From positions 64,001 through 128,000 of the forward strand of contig JAYZQJ010000227.1 in NCBI GenBank assembly GCA_036149055.1: 64,000 nucleotides of DNA. The letters run 5' to 3'. This document shows positions 55,501 to 64,000 of this stretch, piece by piece. The stretch comes from Myxococcota bacterium. Its GTDB lineage: Bacteria; Myxococcota_A; Polyangia; Polyangiales; Sandaracinaceae. The position numbers and the translations under genes were made by a program. Every line of letters begins with the position of its first letter. The first letter of the stretch is position 1. The notes under the pieces were generated by a model, which searched no databases, was not told the DNA's origin, and saw nothing but the letters and a program-made list of their open reading frames with translations.

Positions 55501-56475
55501 TCAGGCCTTCCCGATGCCGACCGCGTCTCGGACGCGGGCGAGCGTGGCCTGGGCGATCGGCTTGGCGCGCTCGGCGCCGTGCGCGAGCACGCGATCGATC
55601 TCGGCGTGATCGGCCATGAGGCGGTGGTAGGTGTCCCGCTTGGGGCCGAGCTCCGCCTCGAGCGCCTCGTAGAGGTCCTGCTTGGCGTGGCCCCAGCCGT
55701 AGCCGCCGTTCTCGAGCTTCTCGCGCAGCGCGCCGACCTTCTCTTCATCGGCGACGAGCTTGTAGAGCTCGAAGACCGTCGTGCCGTCGCTCGGCTTCGG
55801 CGCCTCGAGGGGCTCGCTCCCGGTCACGATCTTCATGACCGTCTTGCGGAGCTGCTTGGCGGGGGCGAAGAGCGGGATCGCGTTGCCCTTGCTCTTGCTC
55901 ATCTTCTCGCCGTCGAGCCCCGGCACGAGCGGGCCCTCGGAGATGTGCGGGTCCGGGACCACCAGGGTGCCCTCGCCGAAGAGGTGGTTGACCCGCTGCG
56001 CCGCGTCTCGGGTGAGCTCGAGGTGCTGCAGCTGATCCTTGCCCACCGGCACCACGTCGGCGTCGTAGAGCACGATGTCGGCGGCCATCAGCACCGGGTA
56101 GTTGAAGATGCCGGCGTTCGGCGCCTCGCCCTTGTCGAGCGCCGCCTTGTAGGCGTGGCCGCGCTCGAGCTGCCCGGTCGCCAGCACGCAGGCGAGCGCC
56201 CAGGTGAGCTCGAAGACCTCGGGCCGGTCGCTCTGCCGGTAGATGTGGATCTGCTCGGGATCGAGGCCGCAGGCCAGCCAGGTCGCGGCGACGTCGTAGG
56301 TGTACTCCCGCATCTTCGCCGGCTCGCGCATCGTGGTGAGCGCGTGGTAGTCGGCGATGAACAGGAAGCTCTCGAACTGCTCGGCGAGCGAGAGCGCGGG
56401 GCGGATGGCGCCGAGGTAGTTCCCCAGGTGCACCATGCCCGACGGCTTGATCCCAGTCAGCGACCTCTTCTTCAC
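55501..56475 (-). CDS. trpS: Tryptophanyl-tRNA synthetase
   Basis: TGIKPSG, HLGNYLGA, YPVLMAADI, VPVGKDQ, KMSKS. Confidence 0.96.
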   Translation of the reverse strand: MKKRSLTGIKPSGMVHLGNYLGAIRPALSLAEQFESFLFIADYHALTTMREPAKMREYTYDVAATWLACGLDPEQIHIYRQSDRPEVFELTWALACVLATGQLERGHAYKAALDKGEAPNAGIFNYPVLMAADIVLYDADVVPVGKDQLQHLELTRDAAQRVNHLFGEGTLVVPDPHISEGPLVPGLDGEKMSKSKGNAIPLFAPAKQLRKTVMKIVTGSEPLEAPKPSDGTTVFELYKLVADEEKVGALREKLENGGYGWGHAKQDLYEALEAELGPKRDTYHRLMADHAEIDRVLAHGAERAKPIAQATLARVRDAVGIGKA

Positions 56476-56534
56476 GCGTCTCTGATCGCACGCGCTCGGG
56501 ACTGGCGCAACGGAGCTGCTAGGGTTCGCGCCTC

Positions 56535-56978
56535 ATGACCGATCGACCGTTCAAGATCCTCGGTGTGCAGCAGATCGCGGTGGGAGCGCCCGACAAGGCG
56601 CGGCTCCGTCACCTCTGGATCGATCTGCTGGGCCTCGAATCGAAGGGCTCCTATCGCAGCGAGAAGGAGAACGTCGACGAGGACATCGCGGTGTGCGGCG
56701 AGGGCGCGGCCGAGGTCGAGGTCGACCTCATGCAGCCGCTCGATCCGGCGAAGAAGCCGCGGGTGGACACGCCGCCGCTCAACCACGTGGGGCTCTGGGT
56801 CGACGACCTGCCGAAGGCGGTGGAGTGGCTGAGCGCGCAGGGCGTGCGCTTCACGCCGGGCGGGATCCGCAAAGGCGCGGCCGGCCACGACGTCTGCTTC
56901 ATCCACCCGAAGGGCAGCGAGGACGCGCCGCAGGGCGGCGAGGGTGTGCTGATCGAGCTGGTCCAGGCGCCGCGGTAG
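56535..56978 (+). CDS. VOC/glyoxalase superfamily protein (methylmalonyl-CoA epimerase-like)
   Basis: [34 protein letters not shown]. Confidence 0.85.
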   Translation: MTDRPFKILGVQQIAVGAPDKARLRHLWIDLLGLESKGSYRSEKENVDEDIAVCGEGAAEVEVDLMQPLDPAKKPRVDTPPLNHVGLWVDDLPKAVEWLSAQGVRFTPGGIRKGAAGHDVCFIHPKGSEDAPQGGEGVLIELVQAPR

Positions 56979-57054
56979 TCCAGGGCCCGCTTCTTGCTCG
57001 ACCTTCAGGGGGGAGTCGCTCTTGCACGGAAAAGCACCGATCGCGGTCCGGAAC

Positions 57055-58194
57055 GTGAACCTGGGTTCGCGCCTGCGCTGGGTCGCGCTGTTGGCGCTCA
57101 CGCTGCTCGTGCCGAGCGTGGCGTCCGCCGACGCGGTCGCGCTCCTGGGGCTGGACGGGCGCGCGTCCCCCGAGCGCCTCGAGCAGATCGAGGAGACGAT
57201 GGGCGCCATCCTGCGCGAGCAGGGTCACCGCCTCGTCGCCCCGGCCGGCGACGTCTCGCACCCGCCGGCGAGCGCCGAGATGGAGGCCGCCGCGGGCAGC
57301 GCGCTCTACGTGATCGCGGCCGAGGTCGAGCCCCTGCGCGGGCAATACCGGCTGAGCATCCACGTCTTCTACCGTCCCGCCGGCCGCATGGAGGAGCTGG
57401 TCGCGACCGTGCTCGAGGCGGAGGAGCGGGAGCGGCTCACCGACATCCTCGCCTCGATGGTCCGGCGCGAGGGGCTGGGCGAGGACGCGCTCCGGCTCAC
57501 CGGCGAGGAGGACCCCGAGGAGGCGGCCCGCCGCGCCGAGGAGGAGCGGCGGCGCCTCGAGGAAGAGGAGCAGCGCGCCCGCGAGGAGGCCGAGGCGGCG
57601 GCCCGCGAGGAAGAGGAGCGGCTCCAGCGCGAGGCGGAGGAGGCCGCGCGCATCGAGGAAGAGGAGGCCGCGCGCCGCGCCGCCGAGGAGCGCGAGGCGG
57701 CGGAGAGCGCCTGGGAGAGCCGGGTCCGCTACGGCACCGACGGCCCCTGGATGGTGCAGGGCCGGGTCGGCGGACGGGTCGCCGTCCTGCTCGGCGGCCT
57801 CCCCAACCCCGCCGCGAGCGGCCAGGGCGGCCTCTTCGACGCCGGCATCCGGATCGGCCGCACCTTCGAGGGCCTCGAGGGGTTCGAGCTCCGCGGCGGG
57901 GTGGACTTCCAGACGGGCCTCTACACCGGGCTCGCGCTCCACGTCGGCGCCGCCTGGCTCGGCAGCTTCTTCACCGAGCCGATCTACATCGGCGGCGAGG
58001 CCCAGATCGGCGCGGTCTTCACCCTGACCGGGGCGCGCGACGTCGGCTTCTCCAGCCAGGCGTCGGCGCTGGTCGCGTGGCGACCGACCGACCGCTTCTA
58101 CCTCGAGGCCTCGCTCCCCGAGATCGGCGTCGTCACGCCCGGGGCAGGCGCGTTGACGATCGGCGCCAGCCTGCGCGCCGGCTACCGATTCTGA
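57055..58194 (+). CDS. Secreted protein with a charged coiled coil and a probable C-terminal outer-membrane beta-barrel
   Basis: Signal peptide (SVASA-DA), E/R/A-rich helix, amphipathic beta strands, ends in GYRF. Confidence 0.7.
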   Translation: MNLGSRLRWVALLALTLLVPSVASADAVALLGLDGRASPERLEQIEETMGAILREQGHRLVAPAGDVSHPPASAEMEAAAGSALYVIAAEVEPLRGQYRLSIHVFYRPAGRMEELVATVLEAEERERLTDILASMVRREGLGEDALRLTGEEDPEEAARRAEEERRRLEEEEQRAREEAEAAAREEEERLQREAEEAARIEEEEAARRAAEEREAAESAWESRVRYGTDGPWMVQGRVGGRVAVLLGGLPNPAASGQGGLFDAGIRIGRTFEGLEGFELRGGVDFQTGLYTGLALHVGAAWLGSFFTEPIYIGGEAQIGAVFTLTGARDVGFSSQASALVAWRPTDRFYLEASLPEIGVVTPGAGALTIGASLRAGYRF

Positions 58195-58260
58195 CCGTAC
58201 TTGCCCCCCTCGGCCCTTCGCCGGTTATGATGGCCGCCGCGCCGGGCGCGCGAGGGATCC

Positions 58261-60705
58261 GTGAGCGAAGGACCGAATCAACGAGGTGAGTTCCGGGAGG
58301 ACGAGCAGTCCGACCTGTTCTCGCTCAAGTCCTACCAGTCCACCAACTCGATCCCGGTCATCGAGCGGGTGCCGCTCACCAAGGAGGAGCTGCGGCGCCG
58401 CACGATCCTCCGGGTGGTCTACGGCGTCGCCGCCGCGGCCACCGTCGCCTTCGCGGTCTGGCTCTTCCTCCACCTCTCGCACCTGTCGGACGTGGAGGAG
58501 GCGATGCACGCGGCGAGCGACGACGGACGGGTCGCGTCGATCCGCAGCGCGCTCGACCTGCTCGACGGCGACGACGACGACGGCTCGGAGGCGATGAAGC
58601 TCCGGCTCCGAGCGATGCTCGTGCTCGCGGGCGAGGCGGAGTCGACCGCGCCGATCGCCGCCGGCCTCGCGGCGCTGCCCGAGGGAGACCCCGACGTCAC
58701 GCGCGAGCGCGAGGTCGCCGAGATCTACCTCGCGCTCGCCGAGGGCAACCTCGAGGCGGCCATGCAGCACGCCTCGCAGGTCGTGGCCAGCGGTGACTAC
58801 TCCGCCGAGGCCGCGCGGGCCCGAGCGATGGCGGCGCGCGCGGTGGGCAACGTGGACACCGCGTTCGACGCCGCGAGCCTCGCGGTGAACGAGCGCCCGG
58901 ACGCGCCGCGCCACGTCGCGCTCCACGCCGAGCTCCTCGCGCGGCGCGGCGACACCGAGGGCGCGCTCCAGAGCCTCGACGCGCTCGGCACCGGCACCCC
59001 GGGCACCCGGATCGCGCGGGCCCGCATCATGGACCGGGCCGGCGCGGCGATCGACGCGGTCGCGGAGCACGCTCAGGCGGTGCTCGACGCGCCGGACGCG
59101 ACCATGCACGAGAAGGCCTGGGCACGCCTGCTCCTCGCCGCCGCCGCCGCCGCCGCCGGCGACCGGGTCACCGCGCGCGAGCACCTCGACCAGGCTCAGG
59201 AGGTCGCGCCCCCGGGCGACGAGCTGTTCACCCTCGGGCTCGCCGAGGCCGCGCTCCGCATCCAGGCCAATCACCTCGCGGCGGAGGTCGCCGAGAACCT
59301 GCCGAGCCCGCTCTCGGTCGACGCCGGCCGGCGCGCGCAGCTCAACGCCGAGCTCGCGCTCTCGCGGAGGGATCTCCGCGCCGCCGAGGCCGCGCTCCAG
59401 CACGCGCCCGCGGACGCCGCCCGGACCCGGCTGGCGCGCGCGCGGCTGCTGCAGGCCCGCGGTCGCGTGGACGAGGCCCGCGCGCTCTACCGCCAGGCCG
59501 CCGACGAGCCGGGCTACCGCGTGCCGGCCACCGTGCATCAGGCGGCGATGGAGCTCGAGCAGGGCGAGGCGGCGCGGGCGGTCGAGCTGGCCGCGCCGCT
59601 CCTGACCGAGCACCCGAACCACCCCGACGTCGTGCCGGTCGCGGTCGAGGCCCAGCTCGGCGAGGGGCACGCGGAGCAGGCGATGGCCCTGGTCACCCCG
59701 GCGCTCGAGCGGCACCCGCGTGACGTCCGGCTGCTGGCGGCCAAGGCCCACGTGCAGATGGCCCTCGAGCAGTGGGAGGCGGCGCTCGGCACCCTCGACA
59801 CCGCGCTGCGCATCGAAGACGACGACGCCGACCTGCACGCCGATCGCGGCCGCGCCGCCCGTCGCCTCGATCGCCTCGAGGTCGCGCGCGAGGCCTTCGA
59901 CCGCGCGCTCGCCCTGAACGAGAGCCACCCGATCGCGCTCGTCGGCCGCCTCGAGCTCGACGTGCTCGACTACCGGCCGGCCGAGGGCCGCCAGATCCTC
60001 GACCGCATCGACGAGGCCGAGGTCGACTCGCTCGAGGTCGAGCGCCTGCGCGGCCGCCTCCTGATGATGGAGATCGCCGGGCAGAGCGGCGTGCGCGAGA
60101 TGCGGACCGCGCTCGACGACCACAGCCGCGACCCCGAGCTGACCATGGCCCTCGGCTGGCTCTACATGCAGGCCGAGCAGTACTCGCAGGCGGTGCGCAC
60201 CTTCCAGCGCCTGGTCGGCACCGAGGAGGGCGGCGTCGAGGCCACCCTCGCGCGCGCGCTCGCCCAGATCCGCATGCGGGCCAGCAACCCCGCGCAGGCG
60301 ACGCTCGAGAACCTCACCGAGGGCCTCGACGAGAGCACCCTGCCGCCCGCCACCCGCGCGCAGCTCCACGCCGTGCTCGCCCGCCTCGCGCTCGCCAACG
60401 ACAGCCGCCCGCAGGCCGAGCGCGAGCTCGCCCAGGCGCTCGAGCTCGACCGTCGCAACAGCGAGGCGCACCTCGTGCGCGCCGAGATCCTCTCCGATCG
60501 CGACGAGGACGCCACCGAGTCCCTGCAGGCCGCGCTCACCGGCCGCCACCCCAGCAGCAAGCCCCTCGCGCTGCTGTCCATTCGCGAAGAGCAGGTCACC
60601 CGCGCCATCTGCGACTACGCCGATCGGTACCGTCGCGCGGCCCCGAACGGCCAGTTCGCCCGCGGCGTCTGGCGCGTCCAGCGCGACTGCCGTCAGCTCG
60701 ATTGA
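58261..60705 (+). CDS. Membrane-anchored TPR protein
   Basis: N-terminal TM helix, many TPR-like Ala/Leu helices. Confidence 0.8.
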   Translation: MSEGPNQRGEFREDEQSDLFSLKSYQSTNSIPVIERVPLTKEELRRRTILRVVYGVAAAATVAFAVWLFLHLSHLSDVEEAMHAASDDGRVASIRSALDLLDGDDDDGSEAMKLRLRAMLVLAGEAESTAPIAAGLAALPEGDPDVTREREVAEIYLALAEGNLEAAMQHASQVVASGDYSAEAARARAMAARAVGNVDTAFDAASLAVNERPDAPRHVALHAELLARRGDTEGALQSLDALGTGTPGTRIARARIMDRAGAAIDAVAEHAQAVLDAPDATMHEKAWARLLLAAAAAAAGDRVTAREHLDQAQEVAPPGDELFTLGLAEAALRIQANHLAAEVAENLPSPLSVDAGRRAQLNAELALSRRDLRAAEAALQHAPADAARTRLARARLLQARGRVDEARALYRQAADEPGYRVPATVHQAAMELEQGEAARAVELAAPLLTEHPNHPDVVPVAVEAQLGEGHAEQAMALVTPALERHPRDVRLLAAKAHVQMALEQWEAALGTLDTALRIEDDDADLHADRGRAARRLDRLEVAREAFDRALALNESHPIALVGRLELDVLDYRPAEGRQILDRIDEAEVDSLEVERLRGRLLMMEIAGQSGVREMRTALDDHSRDPELTMALGWLYMQAEQYSQAVRTFQRLVGTEEGGVEATLARALAQIRMRASNPAQATLENLTEGLDESTLPPATRAQLHAVLARLALANDSRPQAERELAQALELDRRNSEAHLVRAEILSDRDEDATESLQAALTGRHPSSKPLALLSIREEQVTRAICDYADRYRRAAPNGQFARGVWRVQRDCRQLD

Positions 60706-60825
60706 GGGGGGCAGCCCGGCCCAGGGCGGGGCGTAGCGTCACGATCGGCGGCCCCGCGGCCCCCGCGGGGGGCGGAGGCACGGGAGATGCGACGTGGTTC
60801 TCGGCACGAAAGGAGCCCAAGAACC

Positions 60826-61284
60826 ATGGCCGAGAACATCTACGACGTGCTGCGCGACGAGCACCAGACCCAGCGCACGCTCATCGACCTCATCGAGAAG
60901 ACCCACGGCGACTCCAAGGGACGCCGGGAGCTCTTCGAGCGACTGAAGGTCGAGGCCCTCTCGCACGCCGCGGTCGAGGAGCGCGTCTTCTACTCGACGC
61001 TGATCGCGGACGAGCAGACCCGGAGCAAGGCCGGCCACTCGGTCGAGGAGCACAACGAGGCCGAGGAGATCTTCGAGGAGCTGGCCGAGATGGACATGAG
61101 CAGCACCGGCTGGCTCAACCGCTTCCACACCCTCGCCCACGAGCTCCGTCATCACATGGACGAAGAGGAGCAAGAGGTCTTCCAGCTCGCGGGCAAGGTC
61201 CTGTCGAAGAAGCAGGAGCGTCAGATGGCGCAGCAGTTCCGCAAGGAGAAGCCCGCGCAGAAGGAAGCCGAGAAGGCGGCCTGA
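60826..61284 (+). CDS. Hemerythrin-domain protein
   Basis: DEH, SHAAVEERVFY, EEH, HHMDEEEQEVF; RBS AGGAG. Confidence 0.88.
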   Translation: MAENIYDVLRDEHQTQRTLIDLIEKTHGDSKGRRELFERLKVEALSHAAVEERVFYSTLIADEQTRSKAGHSVEEHNEAEEIFEELAEMDMSSTGWLNRFHTLAHELRHHMDEEEQEVFQLAGKVLSKKQERQMAQQFRKEKPAQKEAEKAA

Positions 61285-61303
61285 CCGACGAGGAGGTCAG
61301 GTC

Positions 61304-63460
61304 TCACTGCTCGGCGACGGAGCCCTCGGACGAGGGCAGGGCGCCGAGCAGCTCCTGGGCCATGGCGTACTCGTAGAAGCTGACCATGCCGCTCTCGAGC
61401 ACGCTCTGGAAGAGCTCGCGCGCGCCGGGGACGTCGCCCGCGCCGAGGCGTCGGGTGCCCTCGTAGAAGGCGGCCTCCGCGCGCTCGCCGTCGTCGTCCG
61501 CCGCCTCGACGAGGTCGCCGTAGGGCATCTCGCCGCGGGCGTAGGCCGCGAGGCGCGAGCTCCAGCCGTCGCCCCGGGAGAGGTCGCGGAGCAGGATGCC
61601 GACCTCACGCTCGGGCTCGCTCGAGGCGCGGGCCGCGATCGCCTGCACCCAGAGCGCGAAGTAGACCTTCCACTGCGGCTCGAGGGTGAGCTGGTAGTTC
61701 GCGCGGCGCAGCACCTGCTGGGCGAGCTCCAGGTTCGGCTGGCTGACGACCAGGTGGGCGAGGATCGCCGCGTAGGGCTCGCGCCAGCTCGGCGCCGCGT
61801 CCATCGCGTTGCCGAACGACTCCATCGCCGCCTCGGTGTTGCCGAGCCGGCTGTGCAGCACGCCGCGCCGGACCTCCACCACCGAGCGCCGCGGGCCGCG
61901 GACCTGCTCGATGAGGTCGTTCCAGAGCGCGAGGGACTGGCGGTACATGCGCTCCGCCTGGCGCTCGTCGCCGGCGATGCGCTGCGCGTCGCCGAGGTGC
62001 TCGAGCAGCTCCGCGCGCTCGGCCGCCCCCTCGGGGCCGCTCTCGGTGATCAGGTCGAGCGCCGCCCGGTAGTGACGCGCCGAGTCCGCGCCCTGGCCGA
62101 CCCGCTCGAGCAGGAGCCCGAGCTGGATGTGCGCCTCGCGGGTCTCGTCGGCGGCGAGGCTGGCCTCGAGCCGCTCCCGCGCCTCGGCCACGTTGCCGGC
62201 GCTCATCTCGGCCCGGCCCAGCTGCAGCAGCAGCTCGCTTCGGCTCACCGACGGCGCGCGGTCCGGCCAGCGGCGCTGCCGCTCCTCGAGCATCTCGAGG
62301 GCGTGGCGCGCGATCACGCGGCTCTGGCTCACGTCGGCCTCGAAGAGCCCCTCCTCCATCATGGAGTCGAGCTGCCCGAGGGCCTCGTCGTAGACCTCGC
62401 GGTCGTCGGGCGCGAGCCGCACCGCCTCGGCGTACCAGGCGGTCGCCGCGCCCACCTCGTTCTGCTCCATCGCCACGCGGGCGAGGCAGACCGGGAAGCG
62501 GGCGTCGTCGGGGAAGCGGCGGATGCCGAGCCGGCACACCGCCTCGGAGACGTTCGGACGGGCGCGCACGAAGCCCTGGGCGAGCTCGGAGAGCGACGTG
62601 GCGCCGCCCTCGTTGTTCTCGCGGGCGCGCTCGAGGAGCTGGAGGAGGCGCTGCTCCACGCCGCTCTGATCCCCCATGCGCTCGACGTGCTCGATCGCGC
62701 TCTGGAGATCGCCGTGCCGCAGGTAGACCGCGGCCACGTCGAGGGGCGCGCGCTGCACGAGGAGCGGCGCGAGCCGCAGCTGCTGGAAGCTCAGGCGACC
62801 CGGCGCGTTGCCGCCCTGCCCCTCCGGGCCGAAGGCGCCGATGAGCGCGTCGCGCTGCTCGACGTAGAGGCGAGCGAGCGTGGTGAGCACCTCGGGCGCC
62901 GGCGCGATCTCCTCGTGCTGCTCCCAGACCTGGATGAGATCGCCGTAGCGCTCGAGCGGGTTCTCGATGCCCGCGCGCGCGTCCCGGCCCCAGCGGGCGA
63001 CCTGCTCGCGCTCCGCGGCGCTGCCCTCCTCGCCGATGGCGTGCAGGAGCAGCAGCGCGCCCATCACCCGGCCCTCGTCGCCGCGCGGCGAGCCCCGCTC
63101 GACCACCCACCGCGCCACCGGGGCCACGTCCGCCGGCACGCGGCCGTCGCCCACGTCGGCGGGGGTCAACAGCGACGCGATCTCGGCGAGGTGCTCGACC
63201 ACCGCGTCGTAGTCGCCCTCCTCGAGCAGCTCCGGCGAGCGGGCGGAGAGGTGCGCGATCAGCGCGTCGCGCCAGGCCACCCGCGACGGGTCGTCCGGCT
63301 CCATCTGCCAGTACGCGCGCTCCACCTCGTGGAACGTCTCGGCGGTGACCTCCGGGGGCTGCCCCGCTTGGCCCGCGTGCCGGGCTCCGGTGGCGGGACC
63401 GCCGCACGCGAGAGAGAGCAGGCAGAGCGAGAGGATCAGGGCGCGAGAAGCTTTGGCCAT
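61304..63460 (-). CDS. TPR lipoprotein
   Basis: LLSLAC lipobox; multiple TPR-like repeats. Confidence 0.82.
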   Translation of the reverse strand: MAKASRALILSLCLLSLACGGPATGARHAGQAGQPPEVTAETFHEVERAYWQMEPDDPSRVAWRDALIAHLSARSPELLEEGDYDAVVEHLAEIASLLTPADVGDGRVPADVAPVARWVVERGSPRGDEGRVMGALLLLHAIGEEGSAAEREQVARWGRDARAGIENPLERYGDLIQVWEQHEEIAPAPEVLTTLARLYVEQRDALIGAFGPEGQGGNAPGRLSFQQLRLAPLLVQRAPLDVAAVYLRHGDLQSAIEHVERMGDQSGVEQRLLQLLERARENNEGGATSLSELAQGFVRARPNVSEAVCRLGIRRFPDDARFPVCLARVAMEQNEVGAATAWYAEAVRLAPDDREVYDEALGQLDSMMEEGLFEADVSQSRVIARHALEMLEERQRRWPDRAPSVSRSELLLQLGRAEMSAGNVAEARERLEASLAADETREAHIQLGLLLERVGQGADSARHYRAALDLITESGPEGAAERAELLEHLGDAQRIAGDERQAERMYRQSLALWNDLIEQVRGPRRSVVEVRRGVLHSRLGNTEAAMESFGNAMDAAPSWREPYAAILAHLVVSQPNLELAQQVLRRANYQLTLEPQWKVYFALWVQAIAARASSEPEREVGILLRDLSRGDGWSSRLAAYARGEMPYGDLVEAADDDGERAEAAFYEGTRRLGAGDVPGARELFQSVLESGMVSFYEYAMAQELLGALPSSEGSVAEQ

Positions 63461-63541
63461 GTTCGCCGCAGCGTAGCCCGGATCGCCGGATTCCTCACGC
63501 GATGCGCGGACATGGCGGAGCGACCGGAAACGGCGTAGGTG

Positions 63542-64000
63542 ATGGCCATGCTCCTCGGTCCGCGCGGCGCCGTGACCGTGCTCGGCGCGCTCGGGCTGCT
63601 CTTCGTCGTGGTGGCGGTGACGCTGGGCGCGCTGAGCCTCTCGGCCGGGCTCACGGCCCTCTTCTCGGGGGCGGCCTTCGGGCAGGCGCTCGACGAGACC
63701 TGGGTCCAGCCGGTCGTCGTGCAGCTCTCGCTGCTCACCGGGCTGCTGGTGGCGACCGGGCTCGGCACGGCGGCGGCGTGGGGGCGCGAGCTGACCTACC
63801 GCGAGGCGCTCGACATCAACCCGGTGCCGGCCGCGATCATCGTCCTGGCCATCGTGGGCGGGCTGGCGCTCCAGTTCCCGCTCCGCGAGCTGGTGAACCT
63901 CATCGTCGACCTCGCCGGCGGCGCCGCAATGAGCCTCGACCAGCAGCTGCTCCTCCAGCAGGCGGTGCGCATCGACTCCATCGCCGACGCGCTGCTGGTG
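63542..64000 (+). CDS. Membrane protein, 3'-truncated (possibly CPBP/Abi family)
   Basis: Open hydrophobic frame running to the window end; diagnostic motifs not within the window. Confidence 0.5.
   Translation, partial: MAMLLGPRGAVTVLGALGLLFVVVAVTLGALSLSAGLTALFSGAAFGQALDETWVQPVVVQLSLLTGLLVATGLGTAAAWGRELTYREALDINPVPAAIIVLAIVGGLALQFPLRELVNLIVDLAGGAAMSLDQQLLLQQAVRIDSIADALLV

Noticed and set aside
60802..60817. GG-N10-GC sigma-54-like site before the hemerythrin gene
   Set aside because: The -12 element lacks TTGC and coincides with the AGGAG ribosome-binding site, too close to the ATG.

Overview
Very GC-rich, gene-dense bacterial window. Its content (MYXO-CTERM-like sorting signal, many Cys/Asp-rich surface proteins, DUF1592/DUF1552 pair, ferritin-like lipoprotein, sigma-54-type promoters, mevalonate genes) points to a myxobacterium; this is an inference. 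Recognisable blocks are: a prenyltransferase-mvk-mvaD-pmk-mvaA mevalonate operon (8.2-13.4 kb), an NfeD-like gene plus two flotillins (24.7-28.1 kb), a chemosensory operon (31.6-42.2 kb), a 2208-aa surface protein (42.6-49.2 kb), trpS and several TPR/lipoprotein genes. The most notable observations are: (1) the 2208-aa ORF looks like a two-protein polyprotein, with an internal MYXO-CTERM-like anchor followed in frame by a lipoprotein signal peptide; (2) the Che operon carries a soluble MCP-rhodanese fusion, a degenerate-EAL/HDOD protein and a tandem V4R-like protein; (3) two unrelated families of dispersed non-coding repeats, one amplified as a 109-bp tandem array; (4) a KDPG-aldolase homologue lacking its catalytic residues; (5) a 44-codon ORF coupled between the DUF1592 and DUF1552 genes. 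I found no rRNA, tRNA, CRISPR array or transposase. All calls come from reading motifs by eye, not from database searches.
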